A DNA stretch of 64,000 bases, taken from a virus. A model generated the notes under the pieces. It was not told the origin of the DNA. It saw only the letters and a program-made list of their open reading frames with translations, and made no database searches. The position numbers and the translations under genes were made by a program. Of the stretch, positions 63,229-64,000 are shown piece by piece (positions within the stretch are counted from its first letter, which is position 1; each line of letters opens with the position of its first letter). The stretch spans positions 56,194 to 120,193 of the IMG/VR virus record IMGVR_UViG_3300024999_000049, one strand, 5' to 3'.

Positions 63229-64000
63229 ATGGCAACAGTATATTTTGAATATAGAAAAGATGGACAGTCAACATGGATTGAAACTACACATCAAGAAATA
63301 ATATCTTCACAGGTTGTAGAAGCAAATATTAGTAGTTTGCTTTTAGGTAATAACTATGAATATCGTGGTGTGGTAATTGAAGATGGCAATACGGTATATG
63401 GTGATGTAGTTGAGTTTATGACATTAGGCGAAGTTTGCGTTTATGATGGAGATACATTAAGGAAATTATCACTAGATGAAATTAATAATTTTGATTCATT
63501 AAGACAATTAATTTTATCAGAAACTATCAATTTTGACACTCTTAGAAAAATTGCTTATGGTGGTTATTTTAACGGAAAGACGTATCGTAGTATTGTTAAA
63601 TATTATGAAGAGTTGTTTGATTCATTGAGAGAGCTGGTAATAGATGAGAATATTAATTTTGATTCATTAAGAGTATTGATTTTATCAGAAGTTGTTGATT
63701 TTGATAGTTTGAGACAGTTAATTATGGAAGAAATTTATAATGGAGATACGGTTCGTAAATTGATAGTAGAGGATTCTCAATTGTTTGATACATTAAGAAA
63801 GTTGATTGATGAAAGTGGATTTTCTACTGGTTTACTTAGAATTCTGAGGTCTGCAATAGTTGAAGATGAAGATGAAGGAATGGAGAATTGCTATGTATTT
63901 TTCAAAGATGCAGAATTAGCTATTTTAGGTAACTCACTTGATGTGTCTGGTTTTAGCGATTTTAATCTTGAATTATCATCAAAATTTGGTTCAAGTTTTG
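63229..64000 (+). CDS. FN3-like + acidic 14-aa repeat (FDSLR.LI) fibre-like protein, runs off the window
   Basis: AAGGCGGTG RBS; MATVYFEYRK...YEYRGV; FD(S/T)LR repeats; open to the window end. Confidence 0.75.
   Translation, partial: MATVYFEYRKDGQSTWIETTHQEIISSQVVEANISSLLLGNNYEYRGVVIEDGNTVYGDVVEFMTLGEVCVYDGDTLRKLSLDEINNFDSLRQLILSETINFDTLRKIAYGGYFNGKTYRSIVKYYEELFDSLRELVIDENINFDSLRVLILSEVVDFDSLRQLIMEEIYNGDTVRKLIVEDSQLFDTLRKLIDESGFSTGLLRILRSAIVEDEDEGMENCYVFFKDAELAILGNSLDVSGFSDFNLELSSKFGSSF

Noticed and set aside
1..64000. CRISPR array, tRNA or rRNA genes
   Set aside because: No regularly spaced identical repeats with spacers and no recognisable cloverleaf or rRNA sequence seen by eye

Overview
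AT-rich segment of a large temperate Bacillota (probably clostridial) phage or prophage with SPbeta-like organisation. 1-15.9 kb is a leftward array of about 50 tiny early/accessory genes (including an ArdC-like protein and an XRE HTH). 15.9-18.9 kb is a ~3-kb non-coding divergence region with DnaA boxes, strong sigmaA promoters, a local skew inversion and tandem repeats. The rightward arm holds a RepL-like wHTH protein, a CoiA-like nuclease, radical SAM and SLOG genes, a YonO-type single-subunit RNA polymerase, a beta-CASP nuclease, a metallophosphoesterase, ClpP, terminase, portal, head, head-tail and tail-tube genes, four free-standing endonuclease genes, repeat-rich fibre-like genes and an intact IS607 (TnpA/TnpB/omegaRNA). 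Most of the unexplained signal is non-coding: (1) about 17 palindromic ATRAAW-N6-WTTYAT sites at gene boundaries, often supplying the stop codon, which look like recombinase or repressor sites delimiting one-gene cassettes; (2) a strand-polarised CTGTTA motif about 20-fold enriched only in the early region; (3) a family of intergenic long hairpins; (4) a shared three-way-junction plus pseudoknot RNA that pairs with the RBS region of all four endonuclease genes. All counts are by hand and all product calls come from motif recognition, not database searches.
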